IMG/VR virus record: IMGVR_UViG_3300051212_000701 | Location: 21,951 to 85,950 of that record | Source: a virus | Reading direction: 5' to 3' (one strand) | Length of the DNA: 64,000 nucleotides | Part shown: positions 49,009 through 57,122 of the stretch, piece after piece | Position numbering within the stretch: position 1 is the first letter of the stretch | Layout of the letters: each line of letters starts with the position of its first letter | The notes under the pieces: generated by a model | Databases searched by the model: none | Told to the model about the DNA's origin: nothing | What the model saw: only the letters and a program-made list of their open reading frames with translations | Made by a program: the position numbers and the translations under genes

Positions 49009-50004
49009 TTACGCTTTGATGTACCATTCAATAATGGCAACACCGCTACCTCCTCTATTGCCTACTCCGTTAGAATGGCTGTTTCCTCCGCCGCCTGAAC
49101 CAGTACCATTTCTACCTTCTCCACCAGAGTTATCTGTTGTTGGTGAGCCTCCCGCTCCGCCACCTGCAGAACCTCCACCGCCAGATCCGCCGCCTCCGCC
49201 GCCTCCGCCTGCAAGACCGTATTGCCCTTGTCCTCCACGTCCGCCGCAACCAATCCAAGATGTCCAGCTATGATTCATTCCGTGTCCGCCACCAGATGCT
49301 CCTGGACCATAACCAAATCCTCCTGGATATCCAGATCCTCCACGTCCGTTTTCAAGTGTTGTGTTAATAGCGTTTTGTCCAGCCTCTCCTGCTCCGCCTC
49401 CGCCGCCGCCTGCGCCATACTGATAATCTCCACCAGCTCCTCCACCGCCACCAGAGCCTCCTCCGTTTTGATTTCCCATTCCTGCGCCCATTGAACCGTT
49501 GTTGCCGCTATTACCAGTTCCATATGGATATCCGCCTCCGCCGCCGCCGTAAGCAATAACGTAAAATGGATTTCCGTTTACACCAAATGTTGAGTTACCA
49601 CCATTGTTACCGTTCGAGTTTCCTGAAACTGCTGGTCCACCATTTCCAATAGTTACTGGGATGTTTCCTCCTACTGGAACTGAAGAAATGTCTAACCATC
49701 TTTCAACTAGTTGTCCAGCTCCACCACCGCCTGAACCATTGTGAGACCATGAGTGTCCGCTTCCACCTGAACCACCGCCACCAACAAGAATTAATTTGAT
49801 TGCTGGTCCTGAGTTTGCTGGTCTTGTCCAGTTTCCTGAGCTGTATATTCTAGTTTCTCTAGGAAGGTACATTGAGCTAACTCCGCCAGCCGCAATTGCT
49901 TCTGCTGTGATACCAGCGTTGAGTCCTGCTGTAATAGCTCCATTAATTGTTGAGCTTAGACCAGGCAGGTATATTGACTGCGATGTGTTGGAAACCTGTG
50001 ACAT
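49009..50004 (-). CDS. glycine-rich adhesin-like protein
   Basis: SSGNWTRP..IKLILVGGGGSGG...GGSGVAIIEWY; paralog of 47545..48480. Confidence 0.8.
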   Translation of the reverse strand: MSQVSNTSQSIYLPGLSSTINGAITAGLNAGITAEAIAAGGVSSMYLPRETRIYSSGNWTRPANSGPAIKLILVGGGGSGGSGHSWSHNGSGGGGAGQLVERWLDISSVPVGGNIPVTIGNGGPAVSGNSNGNNGGNSTFGVNGNPFYVIAYGGGGGGYPYGTGNSGNNGSMGAGMGNQNGGGSGGGGGAGGDYQYGAGGGGGGAGEAGQNAINTTLENGRGGSGYPGGFGYGPGASGGGHGMNHSWTSWIGCGGRGGQGQYGLAGGGGGGGGSGGGGSAGGGAGGSPTTDNSGGEGRNGTGSGGGGNSHSNGVGNRGGSGVAIIEWYIKA

Positions 50005-50021
50005 TCTTTTTACTCCTTAAA

Positions 50022-50342
50022 TCAAGATGTTGTTATTTTTACGCCAGAAATAAACATTGTTACTGCGTTGTTATTTGATGCAGTTAAAAGAATGCTTTCT
50101 GCTGTGTTAAGAACTTGCTTAATATCAAGCGTCATAAATGTTTGTGGAGGAAGACTTAGCTGATAAGCCAAGAATGTTCCTGCCATCTTTACGCTGAAAT
50201 GTTGTGCTTGAGTTGTTATGTTCATTGCTGTGATAGATGTTACTACATCTGTTTCTGCTGCTGGTACTGTCCAAACACCTGTTTCGGCATTTGTAAGAGT
50301 TCCAGCATAGAATCTCGCTGGCAAACTGACTGTTGTTGGCAT
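50022..50342 (-). CDS. small beta-rich virion protein
   Basis: PARFYAG...KQVLNTAESI...FISGV; homologous to the N-terminus of 43509..45893. Confidence 0.7.
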   Translation of the reverse strand: MPTTVSLPARFYAGTLTNAETGVWTVPAAETDVVTSITAMNITTQAQHFSVKMAGTFLAYQLSLPPQTFMTLDIKQVLNTAESILLTASNNNAVTMFISGVKITTS

Positions 50343-50343
50343 A

Positions 50344-50676
50344 TTAGATTACTCCCATGTTCTGATAGATTGTAAAGTTGTTTAATTCATTAGCAACTGC
50401 TGCTACTTGTGTTGCTCCTGCTGCTGCTACCGCAGCTACTTGTGTACTTCCTGCTGATGTAACTGTCGTTACGGCGCCAGTTACCGCAGTAGAGATATCA
50501 TTGAGTTTTGTATTTGTAGCTGCCAAAACATCGTTGACTCCCAAAAGATTTCCCATTGATTCAATTGCCTTAGCTAAGTAAACCAATTCCTGTGCGCCAA
50601 GTGTAGAACCACTAAGGGCTGATACCTTAGTCTTAAAAAGATCTACTTGCGCTGTCAAGCTTGCATAATCTGGCAT
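50344..50676 (-). CDS. helical fibre-base protein
   Basis: MPDYASLTAQVDLFK..., paralog of the N-terminus of 56448..57119. Confidence 0.7.
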   Translation of the reverse strand: MPDYASLTAQVDLFKTKVSALSGSTLGAQELVYLAKAIESMGNLLGVNDVLAATNTKLNDISTAVTGAVTTVTSAGSTQVAAVAAAGATQVAAVANELNNFTIYQNMGVI

Positions 50677-50693
50677 TGTTTTCTCCTATATGA

Positions 50694-50702
50694 ATTATAT
50701 CA
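50694..50702 (-). promoter_or_regulatory. extended -10 promoter (TGATATAAT)
   Basis: Upstream of the AGGAG RBS of 50344..50676. Confidence 0.62.
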
Positions 50703-50789
50703 TAATCTCTTTGTTACCTGATGTTCCGCCCTATCTGTGTTACACATAATTATACCCCAGTGGCTTTCTAGAAGCCAGCGGGGGCGGGG

Positions 50790-51704
50790 CTATTCTATTG
50801 TCAAATAAGTCAATATTCCAACCAGGACTACTGGTACAACTAAGGCCAGTATAGCCCTATAGTGCTTCTTTATTGGAGTGTCAAAATAGGACTTGGTAAT
50901 AACCAAACATTTGTGGGTCGGAGACAGCATATAGCCTGCATAGTCTATTGCAAAAAATAGAGGCAAATATTCTACTCCATAAACTGTTGCCGATAAAGCT
51001 GTAAAGCCTGCAAACTTTCCACTACTTCCCAAGGCAAAGCTTGCAATAAATCCAGCTACGGCTACGGCAACCAGCAAGTCCTTTTCATGTGCTGAATTTA
51101 CCCAGGCATTAATTTGATCAAAGTTTGCTTTTACAATATTGCTCAATATTATAACAATGCCTACAAAAAGAAGGGTAGTGGCATATGACTTAATTTGTTT
51201 TCTATCTTCTTTCCAGGTGGTCTTTTCAATTGGTCTATCTATATTAATATCTACTTCATCTTCTTTTACAATTTTAAATATATAGTAAAAAATAACAATT
51301 GCTGCCGTCGCTAAGAGAGGCCAAATTCTTCCCATAAACTCTGCATAAGAAATGCTTAATGCTGCCATAGGGACAAGTACTGTTGCTTCTAGTGGAGACC
51401 AAAAGTAGTAGTGATGAGTGGATAGATAGTCTATGATTCCAAATATTTTTTTCTTTGAACTATTTGGAGCAATTGTGTCTAAGGCACCTGCTGATATTGA
51501 TGCTCTTCCATTTACTGGTAATACTCCTGACACCAAGGATATAAGAGCTACAACGGCTCTTTTAGATCTTACTCTTAAAGCAATAAATTTATATACTGGT
51601 AAAAATACTTGAGTTTTTTTAGCCCAGAAAGACAGGGACATAACTATTGATAGCAACAAAAGATACTGCTGATTGTCTGTAATTAAATTAGTTGTTATTT
51701 CCAT
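50790..51704 (-). CDS. DUF401-like multi-pass membrane protein (ion transporter superfamily-like)
   Basis: About 8 hydrophobic segments; GVLPVNGRASISA, HHYYFWSPL, GYMLSPTHKCL...YF. Confidence 0.72.
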   Translation of the reverse strand: MEITTNLITDNQQYLLLLSIVMSLSFWAKKTQVFLPVYKFIALRVRSKRAVVALISLVSGVLPVNGRASISAGALDTIAPNSSKKKIFGIIDYLSTHHYYFWSPLEATVLVPMAALSISYAEFMGRIWPLLATAAIVIFYYIFKIVKEDEVDINIDRPIEKTTWKEDRKQIKSYATTLLFVGIVIILSNIVKANFDQINAWVNSAHEKDLLVAVAVAGFIASFALGSSGKFAGFTALSATVYGVEYLPLFFAIDYAGYMLSPTHKCLVITKSYFDTPIKKHYRAILALVVPVVLVGILTYLTIE

Positions 51705-53349
51705 TTTTTTTCTCTACTACTACTAAGTATAATCCGTTCCACCAATTAGACTCGGACTCTATAGAATTAAGCACTTTCTTACTATATAATATTTTTAATC
51801 CTGAATCAACTATTCCTTTATGAGCACCTTTAACTACATCTGTCCAATTTGCGTCATCAAAAATTAATATGCATGTCTTTGCAAAAGATTTAGAATAATA
51901 CTTGACTGCATTTTTAGTTGATTCAAAATCATGAGGTCCGTCATAAAAAAATAAATCTATTTCAGATATCTCAGACAAATTTACCTTAAACATATCTGAA
52001 TTACAAATATAAACTTTGTTTTCTCCTATATAAGGCTTTATATTATTCTTAAACTCTGCAAGACTATTTGTATTTGGAGTATCCCAATCAGACCTGACTG
52101 CTTTTGGGGCATCTTGCCACATATCCACAAAATAAGCAGACAAGTTATTGTTCATTAGAGCTGATGCTGCTGTAGCTCCTTGATAAGAACCGACCTCTAA
52201 ATACTTAGAAGATGTTTTGGCAAGACTATTGATTAAGGACTGAACTCTGGTTGAAGTTAGTCCTGGTATGTTTATTTCTAAAGTACTATTTACTGAATCT
52301 ACAAGTTCTTTTGCTACTGCTGCAACTTTTTCATTTATATGCTTTCCATATTTAGCTGCTACTATTTTATCGCAATATCCACAATCCCAGCAGTCAAATT
52401 TGCAGTTTTTAATTTTATTTCTCCATATTGCTATGGGCTTTTCAACTAGATTTGTTTCTTCAATAAAATCATTAAAAGTATCAAAAAGAATATCTTCTTT
52501 ATTAGCATACCTTGTAATTATATCCATTGTCTCTTTTAACCTTGTATGCGATTCTCTGCCGTGCATTTTAATTACATCAATACCTAGGTCATCTATAAAC
52601 TCTTGCCAGTCCTGCCGCCAAGGCGGGAAGTTAGCTGTCTTTAAAGATACAGCAAAGTCTTCATGGTCCCATTTTGGGCAAGAAACTCTGCTTATCGGAT
52701 CATTAAAATACTGAGGTCCTGTAGTTCTAGTATTATTGAACTGATAGTGCTCATCCATCATTATACAGCCTCCGTAGCACCCTTCATTAGCCAATAAGGA
52801 CAACTTGACGCCAAATTGCTGCTTAGCTTTTTTGAAGCGCTTTAGCTTCTCGTGGTCTCTCATAAGGTCTCTATCTAAGTTGATATAGTCAAAGCCAGCC
52901 TTGGCCAACTTTTCAATATCTCTAGGCTCAGACACATTTCTTAATATTGTATTCTTTACAAAAAGATCTGGAAAAGCTTTTTTAATTTGCCCTGTTGCCA
53001 TCCAATGGGTATGTGGTATTGTAGCGGACCTTATGCCCGCATTGTAGACAGGCTCAAAGCTTGTAATAAATAAATCTAAATTCTCTTGAGAAGGCCTGAC
53101 CTCTATATTATTAAAAACAGCAGAAGCTGGTATTCCAGTTTCTGCCTGAACATATAGAGCCATATTGATTAAATAATCGTAATCTTCTTCTTTGTTTACA
53201 AACACGTCTCCCATGGCGTCTTGTGTAAAAGGAGGAATTCTGCAAGTAAAATAAAAATCATATATATACTGTTTTTGTTTTTTTAAAAAACTTACAAAAT
53301 CAGCAAACTGATTTTCATTTAGTTTAGGATTTAAAGGAACGCTAAACAT
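51688..53349 (-). CDS. peptidase U32-family Fe-S protein fused to class I SAM O-methyltransferase (Methyltransf_24-like)
   Basis: GFDYINLDRDLMRD, LLANEGCYGGC..H..SC, IKMHGRE, CKFDCWDCGYC; then YLEVGSYQGAT, FFYDGPHD, IFDDANW. Confidence 0.82.
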   Translation of the reverse strand: MFSVPLNPKLNENQFADFVSFLKKQKQYIYDFYFTCRIPPFTQDAMGDVFVNKEEDYDYLINMALYVQAETGIPASAVFNNIEVRPSQENLDLFITSFEPVYNAGIRSATIPHTHWMATGQIKKAFPDLFVKNTILRNVSEPRDIEKLAKAGFDYINLDRDLMRDHEKLKRFKKAKQQFGVKLSLLANEGCYGGCIMMDEHYQFNNTRTTGPQYFNDPISRVSCPKWDHEDFAVSLKTANFPPWRQDWQEFIDDLGIDVIKMHGRESHTRLKETMDIITRYANKEDILFDTFNDFIEETNLVEKPIAIWRNKIKNCKFDCWDCGYCDKIVAAKYGKHINEKVAAVAKELVDSVNSTLEINIPGLTSTRVQSLINSLAKTSSKYLEVGSYQGATAASALMNNNLSAYFVDMWQDAPKAVRSDWDTPNTNSLAEFKNNIKPYIGENKVYICNSDMFKVNLSEISEIDLFFYDGPHDFESTKNAVKYYSKSFAKTCILIFDDANWTDVVKGAHKGIVDSGLKILYSKKVLNSIESESNWWNGLYLVVVEKKNGNNN

Positions 53350-53354
53350 TACTC

Positions 53355-53906
53355 CTACAGATCTACTTTATAAGTGGTGTCGTCTGGATTAAGCATTATG
53401 CCAAATCTTTTGCTTAATAGTATACCACTTTCTACCCAGTCCTTGCAAGAATCTATCTCTTTTATTATTTCGCCTTTTCTTTTTAATAAATCATATTCAC
53501 TTTCGTATTTGGCAAAACGTAAGCATACTGGAGTTGATTTTGACATCTTTATTTTATTATAATAATATTTGTCCAGCATAAAATGCATTAACGCTTTATT
53601 AATAAGATAAGCGTTATATTTATCTTCTTCTGTTAAAACGTATTTATATTTATCTTTATATGGCTCTAATCTTGATTTGTCTATTTGATCATACGATGGA
53701 GTATTCTCTCTAACAGATATTTCTCCTTTATATTTATTTGCAAACTTCCAGGCTAAAGCTACCTGCTCTGGAACAACAATACAAGTTGGCATTACTATAT
53801 ATGGCAAAAGACTTTCTTCTACGCATCCGACCAAAATTCCAGAACAATCACCTATTTCTTTAAAATATGGCTTATTGTCTTCTGGGTTGTATAAGAAATA
53901 AATCAT
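53355..53906 (-). CDS. hypothetical protein
   Basis: 183-aa ORF, ATGA-coupled to the upstream coiled-coil gene. Confidence 0.7.
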   Translation of the reverse strand: MIYFLYNPEDNKPYFKEIGDCSGILVGCVEESLLPYIVMPTCIVVPEQVALAWKFANKYKGEISVRENTPSYDQIDKSRLEPYKDKYKYVLTEEDKYNAYLINKALMHFMLDKYYYNKIKMSKSTPVCLRFAKYESEYDLLKRKGEIIKEIDSCKDWVESGILLSKRFGIMLNPDDTTYKVDL

Positions 53907-54634
53907 TCTACTTCTTCCCAGAGCCCCTGTGATGACTCAGGTAGTTCTAGTCTTTTCTTTACCTCAACCTGCAATTTTTCTAGATGGGTGTTGGTCTCTA
54001 TTGCTTTTTGTACTGCATGATCTAAAGCTATCTCCCTTATTTGGGGAGGCAGTTGATCAATGGCCTCCATGTTACCGCTATTTACTCTTCCATAAAACAT
54101 TAAATCATAAGCTGCTTGAGCACCTAGCCTTATTCCCCAAAGCTCTGCCTCTAAACGCTCTTCTTCTTCATGGTTTCCAATTATGTCCATAATTCTTCTA
54201 CCATCAGGAAGCAAACCCTCTTCAGATTCATTAAATCTATCTATAAGCATCATATGCTTATCTCTTTCTTCATAAAGAAGGCTTATAGTGATTTTATGAT
54301 TATTTAAAACTCTTTCTTTTTCTTTAATAGTTAATTCATGTAATTTAATTTTTGCAGGAGATGTTTCTTGAGAAATAAGTTCTTTTTCTAGCTCTATTTC
54401 TAATCTAACTCTTTCTATTTTTAATTCTTGATCTGTTATAAGATTTTCTCTAGATCCTAACTCTAGAAGCAGCTGTCTAAGTTTTCCAAACGGGGTAAAT
54501 TGTGCTCCTGCAACAAAGTTGTCTATTTTAAATACGGGAACTCCCCAGTGTCTATTTGCAGCATACAGCAATATGTCTTGCTGTGATTTTGTGTAGCCTG
54601 AAACGTCCGACGTTAAATCGTTGATATATCTCAT
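53903..54634 (-). CDS. coiled-coil protein
   Basis: FVAGAQFTPFGKLRQLLLEL, long E/K/L heptads, YGRVNSGNMEAI. Confidence 0.72.
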   Translation of the reverse strand: MRYINDLTSDVSGYTKSQQDILLYAANRHWGVPVFKIDNFVAGAQFTPFGKLRQLLLELGSRENLITDQELKIERVRLEIELEKELISQETSPAKIKLHELTIKEKERVLNNHKITISLLYEERDKHMMLIDRFNESEEGLLPDGRRIMDIIGNHEEEERLEAELWGIRLGAQAAYDLMFYGRVNSGNMEAIDQLPPQIREIALDHAVQKAIETNTHLEKLQVEVKKRLELPESSQGLWEEVE

Positions 54635-54649
54635 TATATTGCCTATCTA

Positions 54650-55567
54650 CTAAGATCTATATGCAGAGTACGCAGAACTTCTTCCTGGAACTCCCTTTGA
54701 TTGCATTGAGCCGCCGCCTTCATATCCTGAATCGGTAGCATAATTAAAGCGCCAAGCACGGTTGTTTTGCTCTCCATTATACATTCCTACCATGTATTGA
54801 TGTGCTTGTCCCATATCAAAATTTTCTTCTCCAGAGTTTCCAATTGGTTTGCTTACGCTACCAACATTCGACTCTGTAGCAACACTAAATCTTCTTAAAT
54901 TGTATCCTCCAGAATAGCTTCCTTCATTTCCCGCATACAAGTAGTTTAATTTAGATGAAATGCCCTTTTGTTGTCCGTGAGCTCCATTACAAGGAGAACA
55001 CGCTTGAGCCTCTGTTGCAAATGTTAATTTAACTCCATTATCGTCACCATAATGAAAACCTTTTGTTTCGTGATATATTGCAGACATTGTTTGACCACTA
55101 TTTCCGCAAGCTTTACCAATGCTGCTGAGCCAGGTTTGTGTTGAAAATTGAAATCTCATAATTGCATTGTTTCCGTCTGCTGGAGCCCCATAAGCTCTAG
55201 TTTGTTCTTGATGCATAATCGTTCCAGCATTTCCAACGTTGTAAGGTGCGGAAGGACCTATCTGAGAGGTTTCTGTTCTCATGCTATATCTATTTGTTTG
55301 GCTTGAATTACCGCCTACTGTATTATTAGCTTTAAGAACATAGGCAAAAGTGTCATCACACATTCCGCCTGGGTATGCAGTAGAGTTATTTAACTGACCA
55401 CCTAGATCTACAGTTGTATCTGTTGAGTGAGCTGTTCTATTTACATTAGTCCACGGAGAGCTATTTCTATAACCAGCAAGGATATAACCCGTAGTGATTA
55501 CTTGTCTCAACAAGAATGACTTTGGCCCGCCTGAGCCACCCATATATCTATTTTGTGGAAATGGCAT
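54650..55567 (-). CDS. Kelch-like beta-propeller protein
   Basis: ~45-aa repeats: GYILAGY...HSTDT, YLYAG...FSVATES, YMVGMY...FNYATDS. Confidence 0.72.
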   Translation of the reverse strand: MPFPQNRYMGGSGGPKSFLLRQVITTGYILAGYRNSSPWTNVNRTAHSTDTTVDLGGQLNNSTAYPGGMCDDTFAYVLKANNTVGGNSSQTNRYSMRTETSQIGPSAPYNVGNAGTIMHQEQTRAYGAPADGNNAIMRFQFSTQTWLSSIGKACGNSGQTMSAIYHETKGFHYGDDNGVKLTFATEAQACSPCNGAHGQQKGISSKLNYLYAGNEGSYSGGYNLRRFSVATESNVGSVSKPIGNSGEENFDMGQAHQYMVGMYNGEQNNRAWRFNYATDSGYEGGGSMQSKGVPGRSSAYSAYRS

Positions 55568-56074
55568 TTATTCTCCTGGATTATATTTTAATGTAATTGA
55601 ATCAATGCCTAAATTTGGCCATGTTATATTAAACGGGTCTTCCTGATTAGTAACATTTCTTAATGCTGCTCTATATTCAATAATTTTTTCTTTATCTAAA
55701 TCAGAAAATTCATTGAATACGTCAGCAAGAATTAAATAATCAGTGCTAGAAATTGCATTATTTCTATGATATCTTACATCAGCCCACTTTGCTTCCGCAA
55801 CATATTTTTTTTCTTCTGGAGTTAGCTCAAGAACATTATACTTGCCAACAACAACTCCTAGTTCTTCGTCTAACTCTCTTACAAATTCTAACTTTTGATT
55901 TTTGATGTCATATTCTGGCATAGATTGAGCATCTTCAACAACATACCAATCGTCAAAACCTTCTAAGTGTGATGGCAAAATAGGTGAAGGAAAATGTGTA
56001 GAAGGATACATCTCTCTTAGCTCTTGCTCTGTAGCAAGTTTAATTAACTTATTCATTATGATTTGTGCGTACAT
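55568..56074 (-). CDS. tail fibre assembly chaperone-like protein
   Basis: WADVRYHRNNAISSTDY...YRAALRNVTNQ..PFNITWP; paralog of 46625..47068. Confidence 0.8.
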   Translation of the reverse strand: MYAQIIMNKLIKLATEQELREMYPSTHFPSPILPSHLEGFDDWYVVEDAQSMPEYDIKNQKLEFVRELDEELGVVVGKYNVLELTPEEKKYVAEAKWADVRYHRNNAISSTDYLILADVFNEFSDLDKEKIIEYRAALRNVTNQEDPFNITWPNLGIDSITLKYNPGE

Positions 56075-56448
56075 TATCTTGAGTCCTTCATGGTTAGTGT
56101 GCCTCTCCAGTTTGCTCCGTTATCGTATGTAACGAATGTTATAACATCTATTCCGCCGCTTGTTAAAGCTGGTGCTGATGCTCCTGGGTATTTTGCATTT
56201 GTAAATGTTGTTGTATAGCTTCCTCCGCCTGTAAGTTGCAAGGAGAAGCTTACAACTCCAGTCGACGGGGTGTTAATAATATTAAATGTTGTGGTTCCAT
56301 TAAGAGCGCAAGTAAAATCGTTTGACAAAGACAAGTCTAAATTTACTGTGCCGCTTGTTGTTCCTAAGTCTAGTCTTCCAGTTCTATATCCTGAAAGAGT
56401 AAGAGTTTGCGGAAGAATTGCTGCTTGAAGATCGCTTAAGGTTGCCAT
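56074..56448 (-). CDS. fibre adaptor-domain protein
   Basis: KYPGASAPALTSGGIDVITFVTYDNGANWRG; start MATLS at 56448. Confidence 0.72.
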   Translation of the reverse strand: MATLSDLQAAILPQTLTLSGYRTGRLDLGTTSGTVNLDLSLSNDFTCALNGTTTFNIINTPSTGVVSFSLQLTGGGSYTTTFTNAKYPGASAPALTSGGIDVITFVTYDNGANWRGTLTMKDSR

Positions 56449-57119
56449 TATGCTAGTACCCACCCTCTTGTTGCATTAACATAAACTAGTTTTACTGCTG
56501 CATTTTTTATGTTTACAACTAAATTTTCTTGCAGTCCTTGTATTCTTTCACCATTTCTTGCAAGCGTAAATGCTGGATTTAAAGTGTTTACAGTTCCGTT
56601 TGTTGCATCTACAGCTTCTATGGTAAATCCTAAAGTAGGACCTAGAGGTAGAGTCAATGTAATTCCTGCAGTTGTTACAAAAACTCTTTGCCCGTTAGTT
56701 AATGTTATACCAGCATCTGTTGTAATCCAAGAAGATGGTACGTTAGATACTGATGTTTGTAAGGCTGATACTGTAGACTGAAGTGTTGTATATTGTGTAG
56801 AGTTTGTAGAAACAAACCCTTCAATATTAGTTACTTTGCCTTCAAGAACAGATATATCAGCTTCTGCATCTGTTAATCTTTGTCCATTTGTTCCTGTATT
56901 AAATGCTGTTATTGCAGTATCTCTAGCTGAGTTTATTGTAGCTACTCCGTCTACTACAGCATTGTTGATGTCTGCAACACCTAGAGTATTTCCTATTGCA
57001 TTTAATGCCGCCCCAACTAATTGCAAGTCATTTGGGGTCAAAGTGCCACTCGTCATAAGAGCTGATGCGGCAGTTTTAAACTGTGTTATCTGCGAAGTTA
57101 ATGATGAGTAATCTGGCAT
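56448..57119 (-). CDS. fibre protein (coiled coil plus beta-rich C-terminus)
   Basis: MPDYSSLTSQITQFK..., heptads, ITLTLP...TLARNGERIQG...LVYVNATRGW. Confidence 0.72.
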   Translation of the reverse strand: MPDYSSLTSQITQFKTAASALMTSGTLTPNDLQLVGAALNAIGNTLGVADINNAVVDGVATINSARDTAITAFNTGTNGQRLTDAEADISVLEGKVTNIEGFVSTNSTQYTTLQSTVSALQTSVSNVPSSWITTDAGITLTNGQRVFVTTAGITLTLPLGPTLGFTIEAVDATNGTVNTLNPAFTLARNGERIQGLQENLVVNIKNAAVKLVYVNATRGWVLA

Positions 57120-57122
57120 TTT

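Noticed and set aside
38817-49556. Alternate-frame Gln/Leu-rich or Ala/Glu-rich minus-strand ORFs (38817..39371, 42002..42247, 47571..47894, 49275..49556)
   Set aside because: They arise from the stop-poor repetitive codons of the collagen and glycine-rich genes.
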